The notes under the pieces are model-generated. The model saw only the letters and a list, made by a program, of their open reading frames with translations, searched no databases and was not told the DNA's origin. A program made the translations under genes and the position numbers. Of a stretch of 64,000 bases of DNA, positions 17,474 through 27,798 are shown piece after piece. The stretch's first letter is position 1; each line of letters begins with the position of its first letter. Origin of the DNA: Prevotella sp. P5-108. Lineage in GTDB: Bacteria; Bacteroidota; Bacteroidia; Bacteroidales; Bacteroidaceae. The DNA lies in assembly GCA_963608705.1 (NCBI GenBank), contig CAVDHB010000048.1, positions 3,664 to 67,663 of the forward strand. The letters are read 5' to 3'.

Positions 17474-18717
17474 TTGACATAAAAGATAAGAAGGACTGCT
17501 GCGGCTGCTCTGCCTGTATGCAGCGTTGTCCTAAGCATTGCATTTCAATGCAGGAAGATGATGAGGGCTTTCTTTACGCAAAGGCGGATGCCTCACTTTG
17601 TATCCAATGTGGTTTGTGCGAGAAAGTATGCCCGTTGCTGAACCCTAAGGATAAGATTAGTCCGAAAGAAGTGCTTGCCGTGAAGAGCCGCAATGAGGAA
17701 GAGCGGTTGAAAAGCTCCTCCGGCGGTGTGTTCATCGCCTTGGCACGTGAAGTTATCGGCAATGGCGGCGTGGTATTCGGGGCTGTCTTTGATGAGAGCT
17801 GGGAAGTCCATCATGTCTATGCCGAACGTATTGAGGATGTCTATCCGATGATGGGCAGCAAGTATGTACAGAGCCGGATAGAAAACACGTTCAAGGAAGC
17901 TGAAGGATTCTTGAAGAAAGGACGCTTGGTTCTGTTCACTGGCAGTCCTTGTCAGATAGCCGGGCTTCGCTCATTCCTCCGCATCAAAGACTATCCCAAC
18001 CTGCTTGCCATCGATTTCCTATGCCATGGTGTACCGAGTCCCGGTGTTTGGAGGCGGTATCTTGCCGAGACATACAGTAGTTGGAGACCAGACAAAGATA
18101 ATAAAAGCCGCCTTCAGGCGGCCGCTGGAAAAAATACCGTTTTACTTTCTCTAAACACGATGTCCCCGATAGGGGGCGTCTCGTTTAGAGACAAATCGAC
18201 TGGCTGGAAAAAATACCGTTTTGTCGTCCGTGGAAAGTCCGCCTCCAAGGCGGACCAAAATTCCGTTTTGTCGTCCGATATACACTATGATAACGCTTAT
18301 ATGCGTGGATTCCTTAACGATGTCTACCTCCGTCCATCATGTTACGAATGCCGTTGTAAGAACGGTGCGAACCACAGCGACCTGACCATAGCCGACTATT
18401 GGGGCGCACGAGTGACTGATCAGGACTTCGATGACGACAAAGGATTGGGACTTGTGCTTGTCAACACTGACAAAGGTAAGGCTTATTTCGACTGCCTTGA
18501 TATGGATTTCCGCAAGATAACCATGGAAAAGGCACACCTCTGCAACGGTGGCTTCAACGAGCATACCAAACCGCATCCGAAGCGAGAGAAGTTCTTTGCA
18601 ATGATTGAGGATGGGGAAACAATACACTCAGCCGTTGATGGATGTCTGCATGTTAGTTTCAGTAAAATGTTGCTGGCTAAGGTGAAAGGTATAATGAAAC
18701 GATTGAGAGGCATATAG
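17470..18717 (+). CDS. 4Fe-4S / coenzyme F420 hydrogenase beta-subunit-like (FrhB-like) protein, copy 1
   Basis: Two ferredoxin motifs (CCGCSACMQRCP, CIQCGLCEKVCP) followed by an FrhB/FdhB-type domain. The start overlaps the wzx stop (ATGA). Confidence 0.85.
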   Translation: MIDIKDKKDCCGCSACMQRCPKHCISMQEDDEGFLYAKADASLCIQCGLCEKVCPLLNPKDKISPKEVLAVKSRNEEERLKSSSGGVFIALAREVIGNGGVVFGAVFDESWEVHHVYAERIEDVYPMMGSKYVQSRIENTFKEAEGFLKKGRLVLFTGSPCQIAGLRSFLRIKDYPNLLAIDFLCHGVPSPGVWRRYLAETYSSWRPDKDNKSRLQAAAGKNTVLLSLNTMSPIGGVSFRDKSTGWKKYRFVVRGKSASKADQNSVLSSDIHYDNAYMRGFLNDVYLRPSCYECRCKNGANHSDLTIADYWGARVTDQDFDDDKGLGLVLVNTDKGKAYFDCLDMDFRKITMEKAHLCNGGFNEHTKPHPKREKFFAMIEDGETIHSAVDGCLHVSFSKMLLAKVKGIMKRLRGI

Positions 18718-18739
18718 AAATATATTTAGAATGCATCAA

Positions 18740-18774
18740 TTTGGGTGCTTAATATTGGTATTGCCCTAAGTTTG
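18740..18774 (+). promoter_or_regulatory. Candidate internal promoter for the DUF262/DUF1524 gene
   Basis: TAAGTTTG (18767-18774) fits the TAnnTTTG -7 box, 28 nt before ATG 18802. A TTTG at 18740-18743 gives a 23-nt spacer, longer than the 19-21 optimum. Confidence 0.4.
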
Positions 18775-18801
18775 TAATTTGTTTATTCAAATTATATTGT
18801 T

Positions 18802-20535
18802 ATGAATATCAAGCCTGCTGATAAAACAATAAAAGCTCTTCTAAAATCAGGCCGTAAATTTATGATACCACGATTTCAGAGAGATTACTCTTGGGAAAAG
18901 AAAAATTGTGAAGAGTTCCTTGAAGATATAATTAAGGGATTAATTTATAAAAACGGTAAGTTAGGAACTTCTTCATATTTTTTGGGAACAATGCTTTTCA
19001 TTGGTAACTTTGATGAGAAAAGTGATAAAGAAATTCAAATTGTAGACGGACAACAACGCATTACAACAATAACAATATTGTTTTCGGTTATTTCCGATAT
19101 TTTTAGAGAAAAGGGTGAAGAGAAATTAAGTGAATTGATTTTCAGCTATATAATGACAAGTGATGATGATGGGAATTCTGTCAGAATTATAAAAAGTGAA
19201 AGTAGTTACCCATATTTTGCTTTTTATATCCAAGATAGAGAAAAAACGCAAATGCCTGAACCATCGTCTGAAGAAGAATTATGTATTCAAAGTACGTATA
19301 AGTTGTTTAAAAACCGTTTGGATGAGAAAAACCTAAAATCCTTTTTGGAAAAGAACTGTGAGAACTTTGATGTTGGTGTTGGACTTATTGAAATACTAAA
19401 GGCTATAAGAGACCAAATTTTGAATTGTATATTTATTTCAATATCTACAGATGACAAATTACAGGCTTATAGAATTTTTGAGATTCTTAATGCAAAAGGT
19501 AAAAAACTCGCAGCAATAGATTTGATTAAAAATAGATTGTTTGAGAAACTTCCCCAAACAGAACCTGCCGATTTTGCGAAATGCAAATGGGATGAACTAA
19601 AAAGAATAATAAACGAGTGTGATGTGGCTTCCGTTGGGATAGGGACTTTTTACCGACATTTTTGGAATTCTTGTTACAAACAAACTGGGACAAATCAATT
19701 GTATGACAAATTCTTGTCAATGATTAATAAAAGTGATTATGAATCGTTCCTTAATTCTTTGGTTGTTAATGCAAAATATTATGTACAAATAATAAAGCCT
19801 TTAAGAGAAAATTACGAAAATAGGAAAGAGTATTTTTGGCTAGTACAAAGTTTTAAAGTCCTTTCTGATTACTTCGGAATTGCACAAGTTCGTGTCGTAT
19901 TGATGGCATTGTTATGGGCGAAAGACAACAACCGCATATTCACTGCAGATTTTAAGCAATCAATCTTGTTTTTAGAACATTTCCATTTCGCTTATACTGC
20001 TTTATTATCTGGCAAGGCAAATAAACTTGATGGTATTTATTCAAAATTCGCAATAGCTTTAAGGAAAAGTAACAGTAAAAATCAAAGTAAGCAGATAATA
20101 AAGACGAATCTTTATGACTGCTTGAAAGTATTGCTTCCAACTGAAGAACAGTTTACAGAAAAATTTTTATCTCTTAGTTATAGTAAAAAGTCTGCGCCAT
20201 CTAATATGAAGTGCAAATATGCACTTCTTAAATTGAACTGCTATTATCAAGGAAAGGAAATTTTTGAAGATGACTCTTCAATAGAGCACATCATCCCTGA
20301 GTGTGAAGAAAGTGATGCCAATAACATTGGCAATTTAATTATATTAGAACAAAAATTGAATACAGAAGCCGATAAAAAGGATTATTCTGAAAAACAGCTG
20401 ATATATAAAAAATCTAATTACAAATGGATTAGAAAATTTTCAGAAACGCATCCATCATGGATACAAGATATGATAAATGATAGGGCTAAAGAAATGGCGA
20501 CTTTATTTTACAATAAGATTATCGTCTTCAATTAA
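18802..20535 (+). CDS. DUF262/DUF1524 (GmrSD-like) putative type IV restriction/nuclease protein
   Basis: N-terminal FMIPRFQRDYSWEKKN and VDGQQRITT (DUF262/ParB-like). C-terminal SIEHIIPE...NIGNLIILEQKLNTEA (DUF1524 His-Me finger). Confidence 0.85.
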   Translation: MNIKPADKTIKALLKSGRKFMIPRFQRDYSWEKKNCEEFLEDIIKGLIYKNGKLGTSSYFLGTMLFIGNFDEKSDKEIQIVDGQQRITTITILFSVISDIFREKGEEKLSELIFSYIMTSDDDGNSVRIIKSESSYPYFAFYIQDREKTQMPEPSSEEELCIQSTYKLFKNRLDEKNLKSFLEKNCENFDVGVGLIEILKAIRDQILNCIFISISTDDKLQAYRIFEILNAKGKKLAAIDLIKNRLFEKLPQTEPADFAKCKWDELKRIINECDVASVGIGTFYRHFWNSCYKQTGTNQLYDKFLSMINKSDYESFLNSLVVNAKYYVQIIKPLRENYENRKEYFWLVQSFKVLSDYFGIAQVRVVLMALLWAKDNNRIFTADFKQSILFLEHFHFAYTALLSGKANKLDGIYSKFAIALRKSNSKNQSKQIIKTNLYDCLKVLLPTEEQFTEKFLSLSYSKKSAPSNMKCKYALLKLNCYYQGKEIFEDDSSIEHIIPECEESDANNIGNLIILEQKLNTEADKKDYSEKQLIYKKSNYKWIRKFSETHPSWIQDMINDRAKEMATLFYNKIIVFN

Positions 20536-20559
20536 TAAACAAATGAGTTCAATAAACAA

Positions 20560-21672
20560 ATGAAAATTGGAATACTCACCCTGCCGTTGCATACCAACTA
20601 CGGCGGGATACTTCAGGCGTATGCCCTTCAGACCGTACTTGAACGCATGGGCCATGAGGTGGTTGTGTTTGACACTCCAAAGGAATGGTGGCATCTGCCT
20701 TTGTGGAAAGCTCCGTTGGTTTATGGTAAACGCTTCCTGAAAAAATGCTTAATAGATAAAAGCACTGAGATATTTGTTGAACGAAAACAGACCAAGGAAT
20801 ATCCTATAGTCAGCCAATACACATCAGAATTTATAAAGAAGTACATTCATATCAAGGCTATAGTGGATTTCTCTGAACTGAAGGAAAATGATTATGATTG
20901 TATTGTGGTTGGCAGTGACCAAGTTTGGCGGCCCAAATATTTCCCTTCTGACATATCTGAGGCGTATCTGAAGTTCGCTGAAGATTGGAATATAAAGAGG
21001 ATAGCATATGCAGCCTCATTCGGGACGAATGAATGGGAATACACATCGGAACAGACGGCGGAATGCACAAAGTTAATAAAAATGTTCGATGGTGTATCCG
21101 TTCGAGAGGATTCTGCCGTTGGCTTGTGCCGTAAGTACTTCGGAATGGAGGTTAAACACGTATTAGACCCTACTATGCTATTGCGTAAAGAGGATTATGT
21201 AAGACTCTTTGAAAACGCCAACACACCGAAGAGCAAAGGAACACTGTTGTGCTATGTATTGGATGAAACTTCTGAAAAGATAGCATTGATTCAGAAAATT
21301 GCCGAAGAGCGAAACCTCATCCCTTTCCGTGTGAACTCAAAAGTGGAAGACCCTTCAGCCCCCTTAAATGAGCGGATACAGCCTCCCGTTGAGCAGTGGC
21401 TGAGGGGATTTTATGATGCGGAGTTCGTTGTGACCGACTCATTCCATGCCTGCGTGTTCTCGATTCTGTTTGGAAAACAGTTCTTGGTTATCGGCAACAA
21501 AGAAAGGGGACTTTCACGGTTTGGGTCTCTGTTGGAGATGTTGGGGTTGGAGGATAGAATGGTTACAAGAGAACATGAAAATCTGGAAGACATAGATTAT
21601 ACGAAAGTCTACGAACTGCTATCGAACAAAAGAAGATATTCTACAGACTTGTTGAATGAATTCAACAAGTAG
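20560..21672 (+). CDS. Polysaccharide pyruvyl transferase, copy 1
   Basis: KIGILTLPLHTNYGGILQAYALQ N-terminus and VVTDSFHACVFSILFGKQF motif. Confidence 0.85.
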   Translation: MKIGILTLPLHTNYGGILQAYALQTVLERMGHEVVVFDTPKEWWHLPLWKAPLVYGKRFLKKCLIDKSTEIFVERKQTKEYPIVSQYTSEFIKKYIHIKAIVDFSELKENDYDCIVVGSDQVWRPKYFPSDISEAYLKFAEDWNIKRIAYAASFGTNEWEYTSEQTAECTKLIKMFDGVSVREDSAVGLCRKYFGMEVKHVLDPTMLLRKEDYVRLFENANTPKSKGTLLCYVLDETSEKIALIQKIAEERNLIPFRVNSKVEDPSAPLNERIQPPVEQWLRGFYDAEFVVTDSFHACVFSILFGKQFLVIGNKERGLSRFGSLLEMLGLEDRMVTREHENLEDIDYTKVYELLSNKRRYSTDLLNEFNK

Positions 21673-22114
21673 TAAATCCTTAGGGCGTGAATTGAAAAAC
21701 TCCAAGTTGAGAATGGTATAAAGGTACTTTCAATTTGTAATACACTCTCGTTGACATTACTCGTAAATGGGCGTTATTCATACATACTTTCTATATTTTT
21801 CACGGTTTACAAGGCTCAAGCACACTTTCGTAAAGATGGTATTTACGAACCGTAACCACCATCTTGGAGCGTCAAAAATATGCGGTTTCATTGATACAAA
21901 CACCGCCTTTATTATATTGTTGTCATCCTGTGAATAATGGCATTCAGATGGTGAACCTTTCAATTCATAACTGAAAAGGCATGAACAGCGACCAGTGAAC
22001 CGTGTGAATGATTAAAAACGCAAAATATTTGTATAGCGTTTATACCTTCCAAGACACGTTACAACACCATAAAAGTGTGGCAAAATTTCAAGAATATAAT
22101 ATAGATATGACATT

Positions 22115-23086
22115 ATGGAAACAAATACAAAGATAAGCGTAATAGTCCCCATTTACAACGTGGAGAAATACCTCCATCGCTGTGTGGACAGTATACTTGC
22201 ACAAACATTCACCGACTTTGAAGTGCTTCTGATTGATGATGGCAGCGCAGATAGTTCCGGAAATATTTGTGATGAATATGCGGACAGAAACTATAGAATT
22301 AAAACAATTCATCAGAAAAACCAGGGAGTGACAGCAGCACGGTGGAATGGGGTAATAAACTCAAAAGGCCATTATATATGCTTTGTAGATGCAGATGATA
22401 CCTTGCCAGAAGATTCCTTAGGCACGCTATACAATATGGCAATATCTAAGAATATAGATATTCTTATCACCTCTGAATTATATGATAATAATGGTAATAT
22501 ACATGAGAACAAAATAGATTCTGATGGTTTCATGGGCAGTTATACATTTATTAAATGCCAACTAACGGGAAGCTTCATTTGGCTTGCACCCCATGGCAGG
22601 ATTTTCAAACGAGAGGTTCTTGTTCGTTCGCAGTTTAACAGAATCTCTCGTGATATAGTTCAGAATGAGGATATGATAATGAATATATTAGCATCAATGG
22701 AGAGTAAGCATATTTATGTATTGAGTAATTACTATTCTTATGTTTATCATTATACAGAATCAGGAGCGGGACATATCAATACAGAATGTCAATATTGGTG
22801 TATGCTTTATGATGTATTAACGTCCCTAATTGGGCAAAAGGATAATCGTATTTTGCACGGAATACAAAAAGAGCTACATTTATTTTTATTAGATCGAACA
22901 TATAAGAAGAAATGGTCAGGAAAAGGTATAAAATACAAAAGAGAATTGATAAATTATTTCTCTAAAATAACAGATCTGAAATTAGAAGATCGAAAAAGAG
23001 TTCTGATTTTAAGGTATCCATATATCTCATTTCCCTTGAAGTGCTTATTTTTTATTATGAAAAAATTTGAGTTATGTTTGAGATAA
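22115..23086 (+). CDS. Glycosyltransferase family 2
   Basis: ISVIVPIYNVEKYLHRCVDSILAQTFTDFEVLLIDDGSADSS and FVDADD. Confidence 0.9.
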   Translation: METNTKISVIVPIYNVEKYLHRCVDSILAQTFTDFEVLLIDDGSADSSGNICDEYADRNYRIKTIHQKNQGVTAARWNGVINSKGHYICFVDADDTLPEDSLGTLYNMAISKNIDILITSELYDNNGNIHENKIDSDGFMGSYTFIKCQLTGSFIWLAPHGRIFKREVLVRSQFNRISRDIVQNEDMIMNILASMESKHIYVLSNYYSYVYHYTESGAGHINTECQYWCMLYDVLTSLIGQKDNRILHGIQKELHLFLLDRTYKKKWSGKGIKYKRELINYFSKITDLKLEDRKRVLILRYPYISFPLKCLFFIMKKFELCLR

Positions 23087-24258
23087 AAATTGTATTCATA
23101 TCATTAAAACTTTTAGAGTTTCTTGCTTTTTGCATATCAGGCTTTTTATTGTCAAGAACAAAGAGAAAAGTCTCATATTGGAAAATTGCTTGTATTCCTA
23201 TTATCGCATTTACTGTAGTTGAAGGATTGAGATTTGGGAGATTCATAGATTGGAATTTATATTATTTTCGATACATAGAAATGGGAACTAATCCTTCAAA
23301 AGCTGATTATGAGCCATTCTTTGTTTTTATAAACTATATTATATATAAAGTAGGATTACCATATTGGTCTTTTATCTCAATTCAATGTTTTCTCCTTATA
23401 TTCTCGATATTGAAATTATGTGAGAACTTTAAACCTTATTTGAAATATATTCTGCCAATGACATTAGTTACTGTCTATTCAAATGAAATGTTTATTAGAT
23501 GGTATATGGGGTTTAGTTTTATTTTATTGTCACTATGTGCTATATTGAATAAGAAAATATTACAGTCATATATATATGCTTGTTTAGCTTGCCTTTGCCA
23601 TGTCGGTTTTGTTATATATATCCCCATTATTGTCTTATATAAATATATCAATGTTCATAGTTTAAACTCTAAAATATCTACAATTCTATTTCTGGTTGTA
23701 ACTTTTGCCATGGGATTGTCAGATTTACAATTTATTGTTTCAATCACTGATATGTTTTTGTCTTTTGGATTGGGATCTTTAGGAGGTGGAAAAGTTGGTA
23801 ACTACTTAAATGATACAGAAGCTTTAGTTTCTGGAGATTGGGGGACTGCAGGTGTTATGGGAAGAGACTTAAGTACAAATATAAAAATGGCTATTGCTTA
23901 CGTACCTGCAATATTATATGGTTCAAGGGTATTGGAACAATATAAATACGGGAAACTTCTTTATAATTTATTTGTTATTGGTGCAATTATTGGTCCGTTG
24001 TTCCTTCAAATAGAAATATTCAATAGAATAGCAGACAGCTTTATTTTCTTTTCGTCAATAATTTGTGGGGTAACATATTATTATTTCCTTAACTCCAAGG
24101 TTAAGAACAAGTTGTTACGCTATCTATTAATAACACTTTGTTTGGCATGCTTCATATATCCATATTTATATGATATTTTTAATCGGGCTAATGATAATTA
24201 CATGCTATTCATATGGGATGCAAACGGCAGAACTTATTTGCCATATTTAATGGAATAA
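23074..24258 (+). CDS. EpsG/Wzy-like polysaccharide polymerase (polytopic membrane protein)
   Basis: About 10 hydrophobic segments and aromatic-rich loops, in the position typical of a CPS polymerase. Confidence 0.7.
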   Translation: MFEIKIVFISLKLLEFLAFCISGFLLSRTKRKVSYWKIACIPIIAFTVVEGLRFGRFIDWNLYYFRYIEMGTNPSKADYEPFFVFINYIIYKVGLPYWSFISIQCFLLIFSILKLCENFKPYLKYILPMTLVTVYSNEMFIRWYMGFSFILLSLCAILNKKILQSYIYACLACLCHVGFVIYIPIIVLYKYINVHSLNSKISTILFLVVTFAMGLSDLQFIVSITDMFLSFGLGSLGGGKVGNYLNDTEALVSGDWGTAGVMGRDLSTNIKMAIAYVPAILYGSRVLEQYKYGKLLYNLFVIGAIIGPLFLQIEIFNRIADSFIFFSSIICGVTYYYFLNSKVKNKLLRYLLITLCLACFIYPYLYDIFNRANDNYMLFIWDANGRTYLPYLME

Positions 24259-24277
24259 TCTGATTTATATATCGAAT

Positions 24278-25252
24278 ATGAAAATTTCAGTCATAATGCC
24301 TGTTTATAATGCCGAAAGATTTTTAGCAGAGGCTATAGACAGCATTTTAAACCAAACTTACAAAGACTTTGAGTTTATCATCATCAATGATGGTAGTACG
24401 GACAGAAGTGAAGAAATTATTAAATCTTATCATGATGACCGTATAGTATATGTCAAGAATGGAAAGAACTTAAAGCTGATAAAAACTCTAAATAAGGGTA
24501 TTGACCTTGCAAGGGGAAAATTCATAGCTCGAATGGATGCCGATGACGTTTCTTTGCCAGACCGCTTTGAAAGACAGATGAAAGTCTTTGAAGAGCATCC
24601 TGAAATTGATTTTATCAATGGAAGGGCGTATAACATCAACGAAGCTGGTGAATCTATCGGTCAGGAATGGTATGGTCCAGTCCAGCCAGATACCATTAGG
24701 TACATAAATGTCTTTTGCTGTATTATTTGCCATCCAAGCGTAATGATTAAGGCATCTCTATTAAAAGCTTATAAATACAGCGACAATAAAATGGCTTTAC
24801 ATACGGAGGACTATGACTTATGGGCAAGACTTCTTATAGATAAACATTCATGCTATTCAATGAAAATTCCTGTTCTCAAATATAGAATTGTCAGTAATAG
24901 TATAGTTCACAAGTATACAAATGATATCATAGAACATTTGTATGTGAGTGTTCCTATGTATGTGGGAAAATATGGTGGATTCATATCCCCAAAAGACATA
25001 GAAACTCTAAATGGTATAAATAATACATTTAGCGGATTGAAGTCGTTACATAAGATGTTCAATGATTTTACATTTAATGTCTTGCAAAATGAAGACAACA
25101 AAATCATACATGAATTTACAAAATGGAGACTTCGGCGCGAATTACGAGTAATTAAAGCCATGCTACTACAGCGTGACTACAAAGAGTTTTACACTACGAT
25201 TTTTAAAATCGTAATACCGAATATCATTTCTTATGCAAGAGCACTAATTTAA
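24278..25252 (+). CDS. Glycosyltransferase family 2
   Basis: ISVIMPVYNAERFLAEAIDSILNQTYKDFEFIIINDGSTD and ARMDADD. Confidence 0.9.
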   Translation: MKISVIMPVYNAERFLAEAIDSILNQTYKDFEFIIINDGSTDRSEEIIKSYHDDRIVYVKNGKNLKLIKTLNKGIDLARGKFIARMDADDVSLPDRFERQMKVFEEHPEIDFINGRAYNINEAGESIGQEWYGPVQPDTIRYINVFCCIICHPSVMIKASLLKAYKYSDNKMALHTEDYDLWARLLIDKHSCYSMKIPVLKYRIVSNSIVHKYTNDIIEHLYVSVPMYVGKYGGFISPKDIETLNGINNTFSGLKSLHKMFNDFTFNVLQNEDNKIIHEFTKWRLRRELRVIKAMLLQRDYKEFYTTIFKIVIPNIISYARALI

Positions 25253-25260
25253 TAAAGAAC

Positions 25261-26367
25261 ATGAAAATACTAGAAATCAATCAGTGGCTTGCTTCTGGAG
25301 GGGGAGAACGTTTTATTGTAGATTTGAGCAACGAATTGGCGACAAGAAAGGGCTTTGAAGTCTACGTTTGTACATATATGGATGATAAAGACCATAACAA
25401 TGGTTTTTATAAATCACAGCTAAAAAAGAATGTACACTACATAAATTTAAAAGGCAAACAGAATCTGTTGTCAAAGATAAAGATGGTCTTTTCAGTCTTC
25501 TTCTTGATATGCAAAATAAGACCTGATGTCGTACATTGCCATTTAAGCGCATTCTATTTTGTCTTGATACCATCTATACTTTTCAGAAATATAAAATTTG
25601 TAAACACAATACATAATCTTGCATCTAAGGATATAAAGCCTGGAGTTGAGAAAATACTCAAGAAAATCGCATATAGATATTTGATATGCCCTGTCACCAT
25701 ATCTCCTATGTGTTATGACTCTTTCTCAGAATATATGGGATTCAATACCTCCACATTGATTGACAATGGTTGTCGTGAAATAAAAGTAACCTCTCGATTT
25801 GATGAAGTTCATAGGGAGGTTGAATCTTATAAAAAAACTGATAAAACAAAAGTATTGATAAATGTGGCACGTGTCCATCCTCAAAAGAATCAGAAATTAT
25901 TGATTGAAAGCTTTAATAAATTGATTGATAAAGGATATGATGCCATTCTGCTAATTTTGGGTTCTTTGAATGATTATCCTATGATCGTTAATGAACTGAG
26001 AACTATAAATCGTACCGACAGGGTTCATTTCTTAGGTGCAAGGGATAATGTATCAGATTACCTGTTTAACAGTGATGCTTTTTGTCTATCCTCATCGTAT
26101 GAAGGTGCTCCAATCTCATTACTCGAAGCTGGATTTGCTGGATGTTATCCCTTGTGCACACCTGTGGGAGGATGTAAAGATACTATAGTGGATAAAAACT
26201 GGGGATTACTTTCAAATGATTTGGGCACAGATTCTTACACTAAGATATTAATAGATTATATGAATAATCCACATCCCTCACGAGAAGATATTTCGAACCT
26301 TTATCACGGTAAGTATACAATGAGAGAGTGTGCAAATAAATATATTAATCTTTTTATACATAAATGA
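25261..26367 (+). CDS. Glycosyltransferase family 4 (GT1-fold)
   Basis: C-terminal SSSYEGAPISLLEAGFAGCYPLCTPVGG (E-x7-E region). Confidence 0.85.
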   Translation: MKILEINQWLASGGGERFIVDLSNELATRKGFEVYVCTYMDDKDHNNGFYKSQLKKNVHYINLKGKQNLLSKIKMVFSVFFLICKIRPDVVHCHLSAFYFVLIPSILFRNIKFVNTIHNLASKDIKPGVEKILKKIAYRYLICPVTISPMCYDSFSEYMGFNTSTLIDNGCREIKVTSRFDEVHREVESYKKTDKTKVLINVARVHPQKNQKLLIESFNKLIDKGYDAILLILGSLNDYPMIVNELRTINRTDRVHFLGARDNVSDYLFNSDAFCLSSSYEGAPISLLEAGFAGCYPLCTPVGGCKDTIVDKNWGLLSNDLGTDSYTKILIDYMNNPHPSREDISNLYHGKYTMRECANKYINLFIHK

Positions 26368-26915
26368 TAACAACCAAAAAAGAACTGGGAGAATACATCA
26401 GATGCGACCGTTATGCACAGGGTATGCAGCATCCGTTAATGGCTAAATTCACTTATGGTGAGAACGCCATGATAAGACGTTATATGACTAATCTTCGCAA
26501 GACAGAATACTGGAGCACTAAACATTGTCTTTGGGGACGATTGATGTATGGCTTCCACTTCTTAAAGCATAGACGTATGTCACTTAAATATGGCATGTAC
26601 ATAGGCTTGAACGCAGTTGACAAGGGGTTCTTCATCGTCCATCCAGGTTTTATACGAATAGATTCATGGGTTCATATAGGCAAGAACTGTACCGTGTTGC
26701 CTATGGTTCTCTTTGGCAGGGCGCATCCGATAAACGGAACAGAAATATTCGTTGGTGACAATTGTTATGTGGGAACAGGTGCCACAGTCCTCGGGCCTGT
26801 AAAGATAGGAAACAATGTGACTATAGCCGCAGGTGCAGTAGTGACAAAAGATGTGCCAGACAACGTGGTAGTTGCTGGTGTGCCTGCTAAGATAGTGAAA
26901 TATAAAGAAGAGTAA
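26364..26915 (+). CDS. Hexapeptide-repeat O-acetyltransferase (serine acetyltransferase-like)
   Basis: Left-handed beta-helix repeats VGDNCYVGTGATVLGPVKIGNNVTIAAGAVVTKDVPDNVVVAGVPAKIV. ATGA overlap with the upstream GT. Confidence 0.85.
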   Translation: MITTKKELGEYIRCDRYAQGMQHPLMAKFTYGENAMIRRYMTNLRKTEYWSTKHCLWGRLMYGFHFLKHRRMSLKYGMYIGLNAVDKGFFIVHPGFIRIDSWVHIGKNCTVLPMVLFGRAHPINGTEIFVGDNCYVGTGATVLGPVKIGNNVTIAAGAVVTKDVPDNVVVAGVPAKIVKYKEE

Positions 26916-26959
26916 TAATAGATTGGAAAATCATTATTCAAAATGATAACAAAACAAAT

Positions 26960-27796
26960 ATGGCAAAAGAGAAGATAAAAAGGAAAAACGTTGAGATGGC
27001 ATTTATTAATGTCGTTCTTTATCCAACAGAAAAGCAAAAACCTGAAGAGTATGTAAAATTGCTCTATTCCATTATGGCTGGTCGTGTGATGATAAATAGT
27101 CGAAATTCATACCGTTCAACATTGCTACGAGCTTTTGATTTTGAGGGTGATTATTATCACGGTTACTTTTGTAATGCCATATTTCTAAAGGATGATTTCT
27201 GGGCGTTAAATATTAGAGATAATCTGCTTGAAGAGGCAGTTATTGATCCTAATAAGGTATTAGATCCCAAGTATATGGAATTTTGGTTTTATCCTAAATA
27301 TCATAGGTTTGCTGTTCGTAAATCGGACGTTACGAAAATTGTAAAATTCTTGATTGGCAGTTTTAAATTCAAGTTGGGAGATGAAGATAGTTTTGCTGTC
27401 AATATAGAAAAGGATAAGAATATAATTGAAAGAATAATCAATTCAGAAGGCATAGTAAAGATAAAGATTTCCATTAGATATTCCAATAATGACAATTGTG
27501 AGGACTGGGAAGATTTGGATTCAGTATTACGTAATTCGGATACGAATAAGGCAGAATTATCTTTGCAATCAAGCAATGCTAAGCCAATACAGGCTAAAAA
27601 GAATTGGTTGTTGAGAGCCTTTTTGGTTCTAAGTAAATCTTATGGTACAGCTACAGCCAAAATTATCAACGAAAATGGATACATAGAAGATGTAGATACG
27701 AAAAGGTATCCAAATACACGTACAGTAGATTTCAATCAAAACCCAGAAAAAGACATAAGAGATTGCATTGAGGGTATCGCGCAAAATAAAGTATAG
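26960..27796 (+). CDS. DUF4747-like cytoplasmic protein (no glycan-enzyme motif)
   Basis: AFINVVLYPTEKQKPEEYVKLLYSI N-terminus, L-PKYMEFWFYPKYHRFAV, and IKISIRYSNNDNCEDWED. These resemble my recollection of the DUF4747 layout, but this is unverified. No TM or signal peptide. Confidence 0.5.
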   Translation: MAKEKIKRKNVEMAFINVVLYPTEKQKPEEYVKLLYSIMAGRVMINSRNSYRSTLLRAFDFEGDYYHGYFCNAIFLKDDFWALNIRDNLLEEAVIDPNKVLDPKYMEFWFYPKYHRFAVRKSDVTKIVKFLIGSFKFKLGDEDSFAVNIEKDKNIIERIINSEGIVKIKISIRYSNNDNCEDWEDLDSVLRNSDTNKAELSLQSSNAKPIQAKKNWLLRAFLVLSKSYGTATAKIINENGYIEDVDTKRYPNTRTVDFNQNPEKDIRDCIEGIAQNKV

Positions 27797-27798
27797 TT

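Noticed and set aside
21673-22114. 61-aa minus-strand ORF (21778-21963) and other short frames in the 440-bp intra-operon gap, considered as a transposase remnant or internal promoter.
   Set aside because: I could not recognise any transposase motif or TAnnTTTG box. It is kept only as a possible seam between two locus halves.
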